A stretch of 64,000 nt of DNA from an uncultured delta proteobacterium. Its GTDB lineage: Bacteria > Desulfobacterota > Syntrophia > Syntrophales > UBA2185. The notes under the pieces were generated by a model. The model was not told the DNA's origin. It made no database searches and saw nothing but the letters and a program-made list of their open reading frames with translations. Within the stretch, counting starts at the first letter, position 1, and each line of letters starts with the position of its first letter. The stretch spans positions 128,001 through 192,000 of the forward strand of contig CAVOID010000009.1 in NCBI GenBank assembly GCA_963695875.1. The letters are read 5' to 3'. The position numbers were made by a program, and so were the translations under genes. Of the stretch, positions 1-9,619 are shown in pieces.

Positions 1-470
1 CCGGCGGAAAGGCCCAGATAGACCGAGGCGACATTGATTCCAAGGGCGCGTCCCCTCTCCCCGGCCGGAAAGACGGAGCTCAGGATGGCGATGGATGTTC
101 CGAAAATCATTGCACCACCTGCGCCCTGCAGCAGCCTGAAGGCAATAAGAGAATAAGAAGAGTTGGCCGCTGTACAGAACAAGGAAGACAAAGTGTATAT
201 AACTAATCCGGAAGAGAATATCCGCTTCCTTCCCCAGATGTCGGCAATCCTGCCGATAGGGACAAGGACGGTGGCGGCCGCAAGGAGGAAGGAATAAGCA
301 ACCCAACCCAGGAGGATAGCGCTCATGGAGAATTCATACCCGATGGATGGGAGGGCGATATTGACTGACGACCCCATAAATGGTGTGAGAAAAGAGGCCG
401 CCGTTGTTACAAACAGGGTAATCTTTTTACTCACATCGAGGGTCTTTTTCGCTGTTGTATCCTCACTCAT
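1..470 (-). CDS. DHA2-type MFS transporter, 3' end runs off window
   Basis: Manual translation MSEDTTAKK..FLTPFMGSSVNIALPSIG..GRIADIWGRKRIF..FRLLQGAGG; MFS motif A; not in ORF track. Confidence 0.9.
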   Translation of the reverse strand, partial: MSEDTTAKKTLDVSKKITLFVTTAASFLTPFMGSSVNIALPSIGYEFSMSAILLGWVAYSFLLAAATVLVPIGRIADIWGRKRIFSSGLVIYTLSSLFCTAANSSYSLIAFRLLQGAGGAMIFGTSIAILSSVFPAGERGRALGINVASVYLGLSA

Positions 471-619
471 CAACCACACCCGCGGTAGACTCCGCCATTC
501 ATTCCCCGTCAAATTCAGCCAATCTATTCGGACTGACATTTTAGAGAAGCGCTTCGCACAATACTCATCCGGTCTCAGGTATATGCAAGACATTGTGTAT
601 AATTAACCATAAACCAATT

Positions 620-670
620 GTCAAGCTTTCCGCCTGCAAGGCGGGGCTTGCGGGATGTGCTCCCGGTCAA
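620..670 (+). repeat. 51-bp palindromic dispersed repeat (family B), IS200/IS605 end-like
   Basis: 39/51 identical by hand to the reverse complement of 33523-33573. Confidence 0.75.
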
Positions 671-898
671 TTCCCAATTGGAAATGATCAACTGAAGTTC
701 CGGTGCAGCATCTTCGGGATGATGAGCAAAACGCGCCGATGAGTTTGCCCCGTAAGATGTTGTGATAAAGTATTTTGACGACAATCCCCGATGTGTGATA
801 ACAAATACATTATGGAAGCTTCTCCAACCCGGAGAGGCTTCCTGTTTCTTCTGCTGGGACAGATATTTCCGGATGTTAAAGAAAAAAATCCTGGTGCC

Positions 899-985
899 AT
901 AAATCCGCAGACTGGTGAGTATTATCCCCCTTCCGGCAAGCTGATTATTAATCCCAGAACCGGCGAATATTATCCACCCAGCGGT
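899..985 (+). repeat. Coding tandem repeat INP(Q/R)TGEYYPPSG x2, 48-nt period
   Basis: Peptide conserved while most codons differ synonymously. Confidence 0.8.
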
Positions 986-1012
986 ACTATCCGGGCATTG
1001 ACAGGGGCAGCC

Positions 1013-3721
1013 ATGACCAAGATTCACAGAAATCCGAGACGAATTTCAGGAATCATCCTTATTTTTCTGATTTTCACATTCATTTTTATTTCCGTCTTAT
1101 CATCGGCCCAGGCGTTAGATGAGGCACCAAAGCGGGACGACGGTGTTTTAAGAGCTGCGCTGGAGAATGGATTGCGGGTTGTCATTGTCCGAAATACCCG
1201 GGCTCCTGTCGTAACAATAATGGTGAATTACCTTGTTGGCTCCAACGAGGCGCCGGATGGGTTTCCCGGCATGGCCCATGCCCAGGAACACATGATGTTC
1301 AGGGGCAGCCCGGGCCTCTCAGCGGATCAGCTTGCAGACATTATCGCCCTGACGGGCGGCATGTTCAACGCCGACACGCAACAGACGGTTACACAGTACT
1401 TCCTTACCGTACCTGCGGAGGATTTGGAAGTGGCCTTACGCATCGAAGCAATCCGGATGACCGATGTTCTCGACAGTGAAAGCTTATGGGAACAGGAAAG
1501 AGGAGCTATTGAACAGGAAGTAGCCCAGGATCTCTCCAATCCCGAATTTATTTTTTACGAAAGGCTTCTTGCTGATATGTTCAAGGGCACGCCTTATGCG
1601 CGCTCACCTCTGGGTACTGCCAAATCCTTCGATAAGACAACAGGAGCAATGCTCAAGAAGTTTTATGACACCTGGTATGCACCAAACAATGCAATCATGG
1701 TAATTGTAGGTGATGTCAAACTTCAGACAGCATTGGATCAGGTCAGAAAACATTTCTCCGGAATCCCCTCCAGGAAGATTCCAAAACACCCCGTCATACA
1801 GCTTGAACCCCTGAAGCCGAAGACCTTCACCCTCAAGACGGACCAATCCTATGGGATGGTGGCAATTTCCTTCCGTATGCCCGGTTACAACAGCCAGGAT
1901 TATCCGGCAAGTGAAGTGCTTGCCGATGTATTGAGCAGCCAGCGAGGCAGTCTGTTCAATCTCGTGGTAGATGGAAAGGCTCTTGATATCGAGTTCAGTT
2001 TAAACACCCTGCCTGCGGCGGGTCTGGGTTATGTGACAGCTTCTTTTCCTAAGGGTGCTGACCCGTTGCCTTTGATCAAAGAAATCAAGAAAACACTTGC
2101 GAAGGACGTAAAGTCAGGATTTTCAGAGGATCTCGTTGAAGCTTCCAAGCGTAACAGGTTGACGAAAGCGGAACTGCGGAAGAACTCGGTATCTGATCTG
2201 GCCATGGCCTGGTCGCAGGCACTGGCAGTGGAGGGACATCAATCTCCGGACGATACCGAAAAAGCGATCCAGCAGGTTTCTCTAGCTGATGTCAACAAAG
2301 TGGCAAAGAAATGCCTGAAGTTCGACCAGGCTATAGAGGCCATTCTTATACCAGAAGCCACAGGGAAACCGGTCGCCGCCAAACCTCGCGGCAAAATGGA
2401 ATCCTTCGCCCCGAAACTGACAAAGGCCGTTAACCTTCCCGATTGGGCAGAGAAAGCATTGAGTCGACTCTCCACACCTATTTCCACAGTGAATCCTGTA
2501 GTCACAGTTTTTCAAAACGGACTCAAGCTTATCATACAGTACGAATCCGTCAGCGACACTGTAAGCGTATACGGCCACGTGAAAAACAATCCGGACATGG
2601 AGGCCCCTCCCGAAAAGGAAGGGGTGAGTCTTATACTGAACCCTCTCTTTTCTTTCGGCACAACCTCGCTGGACCGGCTTGCTTTTCAGAAAGCTCTTGA
2701 TGACATCGGGGCAGAAGTATCTGTTGAAACTGATTTCTCCCTGCAGGTTCTGGCCGGGCACTTTGATCGCGGCGTGCAACTGTTGGCGGATAACCTGCTT
2801 CATCCCGCGTTCCCTGAAGAAGCCTTTAAAATATTACAGAAGCAGGTTGCAGATGAAGTGGCGGGTGAACTTGAAAGTCCCAATTATCTGACAAGCAGAA
2901 CCCTCAAAGCCTCCCTCTTTCCTAGTGATGACGTCACACTGCGACAGGCCACGCCGTCATCCATTTCTTCGCTCACGCTTGAAGACGTGAAATCTTATTA
3001 TCAAAAGGTTTTTCGCCCTGATTTGACGACCATTGTGGTTATCGGTAAGGTGAAACCGGAGAAGGCCAGGGAGGTAATCGAGAAACACTTCGGATTATGG
3101 AAGGCAACGGGACCTAAGCCGGAAACCTTCCTGCCTTCAGTTCCACCAAACAAGCCATCCGCGACAGCCGTCCCGGATCTCAGCCGGACCCAGGTGAAGG
3201 TGATTCTTGCTGAAACGCTCGGTTTAACCAGGACCCATCCGGATTACTATGCCCTGGAATTAGGTAACCATGTGCTGGGTGGTGCATTCTACTCAACATG
3301 GCTTTACCGTGATCTGAGAGAGGATGCAGGACTCGTTTATTACGTTTCGTCATCCTTCGATGTAGGTCGTACACGGTCTCTCTATGAAGTCAGGTATGCT
3401 TGCGATCCCGGTAATGTGTCTAAAGCCAGGGCAATCATTGAGCATGATCTGAAAAAGATGCAGGACGAACCCGTCTCGCCTGATGAACTGAGAAAGGCAA
3501 AAGCTCTTTTGCTGCGGGAAATCCCTCTTGCGGAGGCGAGTGCCGAAAGCATTGCGTTGGGGCTTATTTACAGGGCCGCTAATGAACTGCCTCTCGATGA
3601 GCCTGTCCTAGCTGCCGGGAAGTACATGAAGCTAACCCCCGAGGAAGTAAGGGCCGCTTTCTCAAAGTGGCTTCGTATCGGTGATTTTGTTCAGGTAACT
3701 CAAGGGGCGCATCCACGGTAG
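1013..3721 (+). CDS. M16B family zinc peptidase (PqqL/pitrilysin-like), exported
   Basis: HAQEH inverted zincin motif, signal peptide after ATG 1013, C-terminal LREDAGLVY; ORF is open back to 791. Confidence 0.9.
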   Translation: MTKIHRNPRRISGIILIFLIFTFIFISVLSSAQALDEAPKRDDGVLRAALENGLRVVIVRNTRAPVVTIMVNYLVGSNEAPDGFPGMAHAQEHMMFRGSPGLSADQLADIIALTGGMFNADTQQTVTQYFLTVPAEDLEVALRIEAIRMTDVLDSESLWEQERGAIEQEVAQDLSNPEFIFYERLLADMFKGTPYARSPLGTAKSFDKTTGAMLKKFYDTWYAPNNAIMVIVGDVKLQTALDQVRKHFSGIPSRKIPKHPVIQLEPLKPKTFTLKTDQSYGMVAISFRMPGYNSQDYPASEVLADVLSSQRGSLFNLVVDGKALDIEFSLNTLPAAGLGYVTASFPKGADPLPLIKEIKKTLAKDVKSGFSEDLVEASKRNRLTKAELRKNSVSDLAMAWSQALAVEGHQSPDDTEKAIQQVSLADVNKVAKKCLKFDQAIEAILIPEATGKPVAAKPRGKMESFAPKLTKAVNLPDWAEKALSRLSTPISTVNPVVTVFQNGLKLIIQYESVSDTVSVYGHVKNNPDMEAPPEKEGVSLILNPLFSFGTTSLDRLAFQKALDDIGAEVSVETDFSLQVLAGHFDRGVQLLADNLLHPAFPEEAFKILQKQVADEVAGELESPNYLTSRTLKASLFPSDDVTLRQATPSSISSLTLEDVKSYYQKVFRPDLTTIVVIGKVKPEKAREVIEKHFGLWKATGPKPETFLPSVPPNKPSATAVPDLSRTQVKVILAETLGLTRTHPDYYALELGNHVLGGAFYSTWLYRDLREDAGLVYYVSSSFDVGRTRSLYEVRYACDPGNVSKARAIIEHDLKKMQDEPVSPDELRKAKALLLREIPLAEASAESIALGLIYRAANELPLDEPVLAAGKYMKLTPEEVRAAFSKWLRIGDFVQVTQGAHPR

Positions 3722-3736
3722 CGGTTCCACCTTCTA

Positions 3737-4426
3737 TTACTCCCGAATGTATCTCCATACATCAATATCATCCCCGGATTTCTTCCGGAGCTTTTCCGCC
3801 GCGGTCCGCACTATGATCCTCGCCACGTCTGCCGGGTCGGCCCCACGGTAATCCGTCATTCTTGTCGCCGTCATTCCGGGGTTGACGCAATAGACCCTCA
3901 CTCTCTCAGGAAGTTCCAGGGCAATAGCCCGTGTGAAACCCCTCACTCCCCACTTTGTTGCGCAGTACACAGTTAGTTCCGGCAACACTTCTTTAGCAAG
4001 CCCGCTTGCAATGTTGACAATCACCGCTTCCTTCTGTTTATAAAGCAGAGGCAGGAATGACCGCGTGACGTTGATGAGACCCAGCAAATTTACGCCAACC
4101 TGATTTGCCGTATCTTCCGCCGACTGCTCGATGAGAGGTTTATCCGAGACGACGCCGGCGACGTTGATTAGAACATCCAGGCGGGAGAATTCATCGGTTA
4201 TCGATTTCACGAGACGCCTTAACGACCTGTCATCACGAACATCCACGTGATAGAGGGCGGCCTTACCGTATTTCAGGCATTCTTTGAGGACATCTTTGCC
4301 GGCCGCCTCGCCTTCGAAATAGGTCACTATGACCTTGCACTTTTCCCGGGCAAGCTGAAGAACTGTCTCTCTTCCGATCCCGGAACTTGAGCCAGTGACA
4401 AGAATTGTCTTACCTTCCAGATTCAT
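3737..4426 (-). CDS. SDR family oxidoreductase
   Basis: TGSSSGIG and YCATK motifs. Confidence 0.93.
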   Translation of the reverse strand: MNLEGKTILVTGSSSGIGRETVLQLAREKCKVIVTYFEGEAAGKDVLKECLKYGKAALYHVDVRDDRSLRRLVKSITDEFSRLDVLINVAGVVSDKPLIEQSAEDTANQVGVNLLGLINVTRSFLPLLYKQKEAVIVNIASGLAKEVLPELTVYCATKWGVRGFTRAIALELPERVRVYCVNPGMTATRMTDYRGADPADVARIIVRTAAEKLRKKSGDDIDVWRYIRE

Positions 4427-4455
4427 GGGTCTTGTCCTTTTTCCCCCTTCTCACA

Positions 4456-6984
4456 TTACCGATACCAGAGAATCTGTGGCGCCTCCAGCGGCACCATGGC
4501 GCCACTAAGGGCAGGAATCACGCGTGGTGTAAAGTCAGTAGGCGGTCTCTGAGTCTCAATCCTCGTTTCATAGAAATATGTATTCCTGGCCGCATCCAAA
4601 AGGCCGGCTCGTGCCATTACGTGAATCTCAGGCGGCCCGGCACCCGGGACATCCGCATAAAGCTGCACCTCTATGGTGCCGGGATTAACCGCACCAAGCG
4701 TAACCTCTACCTTGAATGCATACAGGCTGTTGCCTAGATTCTTGACGTCCAGATTCCGCATTTTCAGGTGCGGCCACAGGGCTTCGATTGACTTGCACCA
4801 CTGATTGATCTGCCTCGCCATTTGGGCGTCATTCGCTGCACGCTTGCGAAAAGCCTCAATCGCCGGCAGGTAAAGCCTTTCCACATATTCCCGCAGCATT
4901 CTGTTGGAGCTGAAGGCCGGCGTCAATTCTGCCATACTCGCCCGCATAAGCGCCACCCAGGATGAAGGAATGCCATCGGCATTCCTTTCATAGAAGCAGG
5001 GAACAACCTCTGTTTCCAAAAGACGGTATAACTCTTCAGCTTCATAGGAATCCCAGTCCGGATCGTCTCCATGTTCGTGGCCGTCACCAAGGGCCCACCC
5101 TACCTCAGGGCAATACGCCTCGGCCCACCAGCCGTCAAGTTCAGACAGATTCAAGCCCCCGTTGACGAGCACCTTCATGCCGCTCGTCCCGCAAGCCTCC
5201 CACGGGCGGCGGGGCGTGTTGATCCACAGGTCAACCCCCTGCACAAGTTTCTGTGCCAGAGTCATGTCATAGTCAGCAAGAAACACCACGTGGGGTCTCA
5301 CTTCCGGGCGACTCATAAAGTGCGTCCATGCCCGGATCATCTCCTTACCATTGATGTCAAGCGGATGGGCCTTGCCGGCTATAATAAGCTGCACGGGCCT
5401 TTCCGGGTTGGTGAGAAGCCGGACCAGGCGTTCAGGATCGTGAAGCAGGAGATTCGGCCTCTTGTAGCCGGTGAACCGCCGGGCGAAACCCATGGTCAGA
5501 CAATCAGGATCAAGGAGCTGCTCACATTCATGTATGTTCTGCCGCGGTGCGCCTGCGGCAGCTAGTTGCCTTGCCAGCCTCTCCCTTGCGTACCTAATCA
5601 ATTCTTTTATGCTGGCTAAACGGAAGGCCCACAGATTCTCTTCCGGCACTTCCTTCAAATTCTGTTCAATCAACTCCAGTGTACCTTGCCATCGCGCATC
5701 GCCGCAGAAGTCAGTCCAGAGAGTATCGGCTGCCGCAGAATCCCAGGACGGCACATGAACTCCATTGGTGACATGAGTGATCGGCACTTCTCTCTCAGGT
5801 ATGCGTGGGAAAAGGGGTTGAAATATCCGGCGGCTGACCTCTCCATGCACATGGCTCACGGCATTAACCGCTCCTGATCCCCTGACGGCGAGATAGGCCA
5901 TATTGAGCGGCTCGTTGTCATCCGTCGGATTTTTGCGCCCCAGCGCAAGCAGGCTCCCCAGGCTTATCCCCAGCTTATTGGCGTAGGAAGCCAGATAGTG
6001 CTCTACCATGAACGGAGGAAATCGATCGAAGCCGGCCTCGACTGGGGTGTGAGTCGTAAAGACGTTGCCGCTGCGCGTCGCAGTCAGCGCAGCCTCGAAG
6101 GATTGCCCATGTGACGTCATAAAATCTCGTGCCCTCTCCAATATAGCCAGTGCAGCATGGCCCTCATTGAGATGACAGATCTCCGGTTCAATACCAAGCT
6201 TGGAGAGGACTCGCCACCCGCCGATGCCAAGGGCAATCTCCTGCTGCAGGCGCAGTTCCGGCCCACCGCCATACAGCTCGCTGGTGATGCCTCTGTCGGC
6301 AGCGCTATTGATAAGATCGTTACTATCAAGGAGATACAGCTTCACCTGCCCCACCGTAGCTTCCCAGACACGCAAACGCGATATACGTCCCGGAAAGTCA
6401 ACTTCTACGTGCAGCCATTCTCCTTCTTGATCGCGGACGGGCACGACAGGCAGTTGGGTCGGATCGTTATAGGGAAAGACCTCCCTCTGGCCGCCATCTG
6501 CGTCCAATGTCTGGCGGAAATAACCCTGCTGGTATAGAAGACCTATTCCCACGGCCGATACGCCGAGGTCGCTCGCTGTCTTGAGGTAATCACCCGCAAG
6601 TATTCCGAGTCCTCCCGAGTATATGGGAAGGGCTTCCCCGAGGCCATACTCCATGCTGAAATATGCAACCGTCACTGGTGACAGGGGATAAGCCTGCTGA
6701 AACCATCTGATGGTCTGCATAGATTCCCGGTGTCCCGCCACATATTTGTCCATCAGTTCGCGAAACTTCTGATCGGCTTTTAGTGCCTCAAGCCGGGTTC
6801 GTGACACTGTCTGCAGGATTACCCATGGGTTGCCGGTAATCCGCCAGAGATCCAGATCGATGTATTCCCATAAAGGATCTGCTGTATGGCTCCATGACCA
6901 TCGTAGGTTGAGGGCCAGTTCCGTCAGCCCTTCCAACCCTTCAGGCATGGTTGGTAAAAAGTAATTTGCAGGTGCAGTAGCCAT
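4456..6984 (-). CDS. glgP: Alpha-glucan (glycogen) phosphorylase
   Basis: YSGGLGILAGD, HLNEGH, EACGTSGMK PLP motif; GGAG before ATG 6984. Confidence 0.95.
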   Translation of the reverse strand: MATAPANYFLPTMPEGLEGLTELALNLRWSWSHTADPLWEYIDLDLWRITGNPWVILQTVSRTRLEALKADQKFRELMDKYVAGHRESMQTIRWFQQAYPLSPVTVAYFSMEYGLGEALPIYSGGLGILAGDYLKTASDLGVSAVGIGLLYQQGYFRQTLDADGGQREVFPYNDPTQLPVVPVRDQEGEWLHVEVDFPGRISRLRVWEATVGQVKLYLLDSNDLINSAADRGITSELYGGGPELRLQQEIALGIGGWRVLSKLGIEPEICHLNEGHAALAILERARDFMTSHGQSFEAALTATRSGNVFTTHTPVEAGFDRFPPFMVEHYLASYANKLGISLGSLLALGRKNPTDDNEPLNMAYLAVRGSGAVNAVSHVHGEVSRRIFQPLFPRIPEREVPITHVTNGVHVPSWDSAAADTLWTDFCGDARWQGTLELIEQNLKEVPEENLWAFRLASIKELIRYARERLARQLAAAGAPRQNIHECEQLLDPDCLTMGFARRFTGYKRPNLLLHDPERLVRLLTNPERPVQLIIAGKAHPLDINGKEMIRAWTHFMSRPEVRPHVVFLADYDMTLAQKLVQGVDLWINTPRRPWEACGTSGMKVLVNGGLNLSELDGWWAEAYCPEVGWALGDGHEHGDDPDWDSYEAEELYRLLETEVVPCFYERNADGIPSSWVALMRASMAELTPAFSSNRMLREYVERLYLPAIEAFRKRAANDAQMARQINQWCKSIEALWPHLKMRNLDVKNLGNSLYAFKVEVTLGAVNPGTIEVQLYADVPGAGPPEIHVMARAGLLDAARNTYFYETRIETQRPPTDFTPRVIPALSGAMVPLEAPQILWYR

Positions 6985-7111
6985 TTTGTTCTCCAATCAA
7001 TATTAACTTTCTGGTAAGCCGTTGCCCGGGATTCACCCAAGAACGGTTCGTCGCTATTAGTTATAAATTAGGATCCGAGTATACCAGCAACTTATCTCAG
7101 CTATGATTAAA

Positions 7112-7168
7112 AAATTAATTCATGCAAAGGTTATATACAATGAGGATAAAATGGCTGTGAAATAGGAG
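7112..7168 (-). promoter_or_regulatory. glgP promoter with degenerate direct-repeat box
   Basis: CTCCTAT-ttca-CAGCCAT-N10-TTGTAT-N17-TAATTT on minus strand. Confidence 0.55.
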
Positions 7169-7175
7169 GAAATAG

Positions 7176-7232
7176 CTACTATTATTCTTCCATTTAATGC
7201 TTATTGCTTTACGCAGTTAAGAACATTAGTTT
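7176..7232 (+). promoter_or_regulatory. Promoter with direct-repeat box
   Basis: CTACTAT-tatt-CTTCCAT-N10-TTGCTT-N17-TAGTTT. Confidence 0.7.
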
Positions 7233-7267
7233 TATATCAATCATTCTTAAAAATATGGAGGTGCATA

Positions 7268-7651
7268 ATGATACGTAGAGCCGGGTCTTTGACCTTTGCA
7301 TGGGGCGTTATTTTAATTTTAGTAACGGTTTGTTGTTTATATCCTCAGACGTCTTTTGCCACTTCACCCAAAGACGTAAAACTTGAATATGATGCGAATA
7401 CGCAGATGTTGACGGTCACTATCACCCATAAAACTTCCTCACCCAATTATCACTATATAAAGTATGTCGAGATTAAAAAGGGAGAAGCAGTTGTCAGCAA
7501 TAACAAATATGAAAATCAGCCCGACCCGGAAATCTTTACATACAAATATAAAGTACCGGCGGCCGAAGGTGAGACGATAGAGGTCACCGCCACGTGCAGT
7601 ATTATGGGATCCAAGACGGTGACCATGACCGTAGGCAAGGCAGCGCAGTGA
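7268..7651 (+). CDS. Exported small beta protein, superoxide-reductase/desulfoferrodoxin-like motifs
   Basis: GGAGG RBS, signal peptide, H..HYIKYV and ATCSIMG. Confidence 0.65.
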   Translation: MIRRAGSLTFAWGVILILVTVCCLYPQTSFATSPKDVKLEYDANTQMLTVTITHKTSSPNYHYIKYVEIKKGEAVVSNNKYENQPDPEIFTYKYKVPAAEGETIEVTATCSIMGSKTVTMTVGKAAQ

Positions 7652-7686
7652 AAAAGGGCCCAAAAGATAAGTGCCTTTGACCCATC

Positions 7687-7720
7687 GTGAAGCTCCCCAC
7701 CCACAGGGCGAGACTTCTCG
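7687..7720 (+). repeat. Partial copy of repeat family B
   Basis: gtgaagctccccacccacagggcgagactt matches the 5' half of the 33573-33523 copy. Confidence 0.55.
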
Positions 7721-7831
7721 GCAAGGTGCTGGTGATTCAATGAAATTGTTCATGCGCTTGAACCCTCGAATCCTCGGATCCTTTTTGCTACTGGATGGAA
7801 GAATAACCATTAACAATGTAGGACCTTTGTC

Positions 7832-8191
7832 ATGACCGCATTTCTGTACATGTTGCTGGGACTAGTGGCAGGCATTCTTAGCGGTCTCATCGGCATTGGG
7901 GGAGGGACGATTATCGTCCCGGCACTGGTTCTATTTTTTGGCATTTCACAACACATGGCTCAGGGGACAACCTTGGCCTTACTGGTTCCGCCAATCGGCA
8001 TCCTTGCGGCATGGACATATTACAGGCAGGGCTATGTAGATTTACATATTGCAGGCTTCATGTGCCTGGGTTTCTTTATTGGCGGTCTCGTAGGCGCAAA
8101 AATAGCCACAAGTCTGTCGAATATAGTCCTGGAGAGGATATTCGGGGCAGCACTTCTTCTGATTTCATTGAAGATGATATTTGCAAAATAA
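7832..8191 (+). CDS. TauE/SafE (TSUP) family membrane protein, half-size
   Basis: GILSGLIGIGGG..VP and AQGTTL motifs; 119 aa. Confidence 0.88.
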   Translation: MTAFLYMLLGLVAGILSGLIGIGGGTIIVPALVLFFGISQHMAQGTTLALLVPPIGILAAWTYYRQGYVDLHIAGFMCLGFFIGGLVGAKIATSLSNIVLERIFGAALLLISLKMIFAK

Positions 8192-8251
8192 CGCAAAGAT
8201 CCCTTTTTATCTCGAATATATGTTTCAGTCTTCTTCTTAGGTAGCTTATAC

Positions 8252-8308
8252 CTACCATTATTCTTCTATTTTATCATCATTGCCTTCCTCTGCTAAACAT
8301 ACTATTTT
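8252..8308 (+). promoter_or_regulatory. Promoter with direct-repeat box
   Basis: CTACCAT-tatt-CTTCTAT-N10-TTGCCT-N17-TATTTT. Confidence 0.7.
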
Positions 8309-8350
8309 GCCTCTGTAAAACGTATAATATACAAACTTTGGGGGATTAAG

Positions 8351-8530
8351 ATGAATATGAAAGAAGTACGTGAGATAGCAAAGAAAAAGGGCGTTGACAT
8401 CAGGGTCGGCCGTTCCAAGGAAAACATCATCCGTGATTATCAAATGATTGAAGGCTATTCACCATGCTTTCATACAAAAAACTCATGTGCTGAAGATTGC
8501 CTCTGGAAGGAAGACTGCCTGAACGTCTAA
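8351..8530 (+). CDS. 59-aa SAP/Rho-N-like protein with C-terminal Cys cluster
   Basis: Manual: MNMKEVREIAKKKGVDIRVGRSKENIIRDYQMIEGYSPCFHTKNSCAEDCLWKEDCLNV; GGGGA RBS; below ORF-track cutoff. Confidence 0.8.
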   Translation: MNMKEVREIAKKKGVDIRVGRSKENIIRDYQMIEGYSPCFHTKNSCAEDCLWKEDCLNV

Positions 8531-8650
8531 TGAACTTAACTGTCTCCGGCATGAAAGATCATGCGGAATGAGAATAAAATAATAGAAACTTGGGGGTATC
8601 TCCGAGATGATTGATCCTTTTACGGCGGGAAAGGGTATAGGAAAAGTTAT

Positions 8651-8884
8651 ATGGAAGAGCTCGACGGACTGAAGAATATAGAACACTTGAAACGTTCTCT
8701 TGAAGAGGCTGAGATAATTAAAACCGGCATGAAGCTGGTCTTGATGAACCCATCTTTAAATTCAGAGTGCAAGGGAAAGTATGAGATAGCATTCTCGAAG
8801 TTAAGAGATGAGATCAGAGAGTTAAAAACGATGATGAGCGCTGTAAGAAACGGAACATATCCCCGGTCTATTGAAAAAAATTAG
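8651..8884 (+). CDS. Hypothetical helical protein
   Basis: AGGA RBS, co-oriented with cluster. Confidence 0.55.
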   Translation: MEELDGLKNIEHLKRSLEEAEIIKTGMKLVLMNPSLNSECKGKYEIAFSKLRDEIRELKTMMSAVRNGTYPRSIEKN

Positions 8885-8905
8885 ATGTAAAAGGAATAAT
8901 GTTTG

Positions 8906-9619
8906 ATGGGCAAGCTACATATTATATCAAGGAGCAGCCAGCCCTTCCCAGACAGAAGAGAGGCGGGCATACTCTTAGGCAATGAATTAAAAACTCTCGA
9001 ACTCGAAAGAGAAAATCCGATTGTTGTAGCTATTCTGCGCGGAGGGATAATTGTTGCCAGTCAGGTTGCACTTATATTGAACTGTGATCTGGATATTGCG
9101 CTTTCTCGGAAACTCGGCGCCCCTTTCAATCCGGAATTGGCCATAGGCGCAATAAGTGAAAATGGCACCTTATTTTTAAATGAAATGATAGCGGCCCAGG
9201 TCGGCGCAACGGATTTTTATATCAAAAGGGAAGTAGCTGAACAATCGGAAGTGATCGCCGAACGCATTAAATATTTTCGCAAGGACTTCCCTAAAATAAA
9301 CTTAAAGGGGAGATATGTCATAATCGTAGATGATGGCATAGCAACCGGAGCGACTATGCAGGCGACGCTCTGGTCTATCAATCAGGAAAATCCGCGGAAG
9401 TTGATGGTGGCCCTGCCGGTGGGACCCGAAGACAGTTTAAGGAGACTATCAAAAGACGCTGATGATGTAATATGCCTGCGGGTGCCGGAATTCTTTTCGG
9501 CTGTCGGACAATTCTATTTTAAATTTGAGCAAACCGAGGATGAAGAAGTCTTACAGATTTTAAATGACGAGAAAGCTCGAGCCGGAGATGAAAACAGAAT
9601 TATTAAAAAAGTCGGTTGA
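8906..9619 (+). CDS. Phosphoribosyltransferase family protein
   Basis: FPDRREAG, RKLGAPFNPELAIGA, IIVDDGIATGATM PRPP loop. Confidence 0.92.
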   Translation: MGKLHIISRSSQPFPDRREAGILLGNELKTLELERENPIVVAILRGGIIVASQVALILNCDLDIALSRKLGAPFNPELAIGAISENGTLFLNEMIAAQVGATDFYIKREVAEQSEVIAERIKYFRKDFPKINLKGRYVIIVDDGIATGATMQATLWSINQENPRKLMVALPVGPEDSLRRLSKDADDVICLRVPEFFSAVGQFYFKFEQTEDEEVLQILNDEKARAGDENRIIKKVG

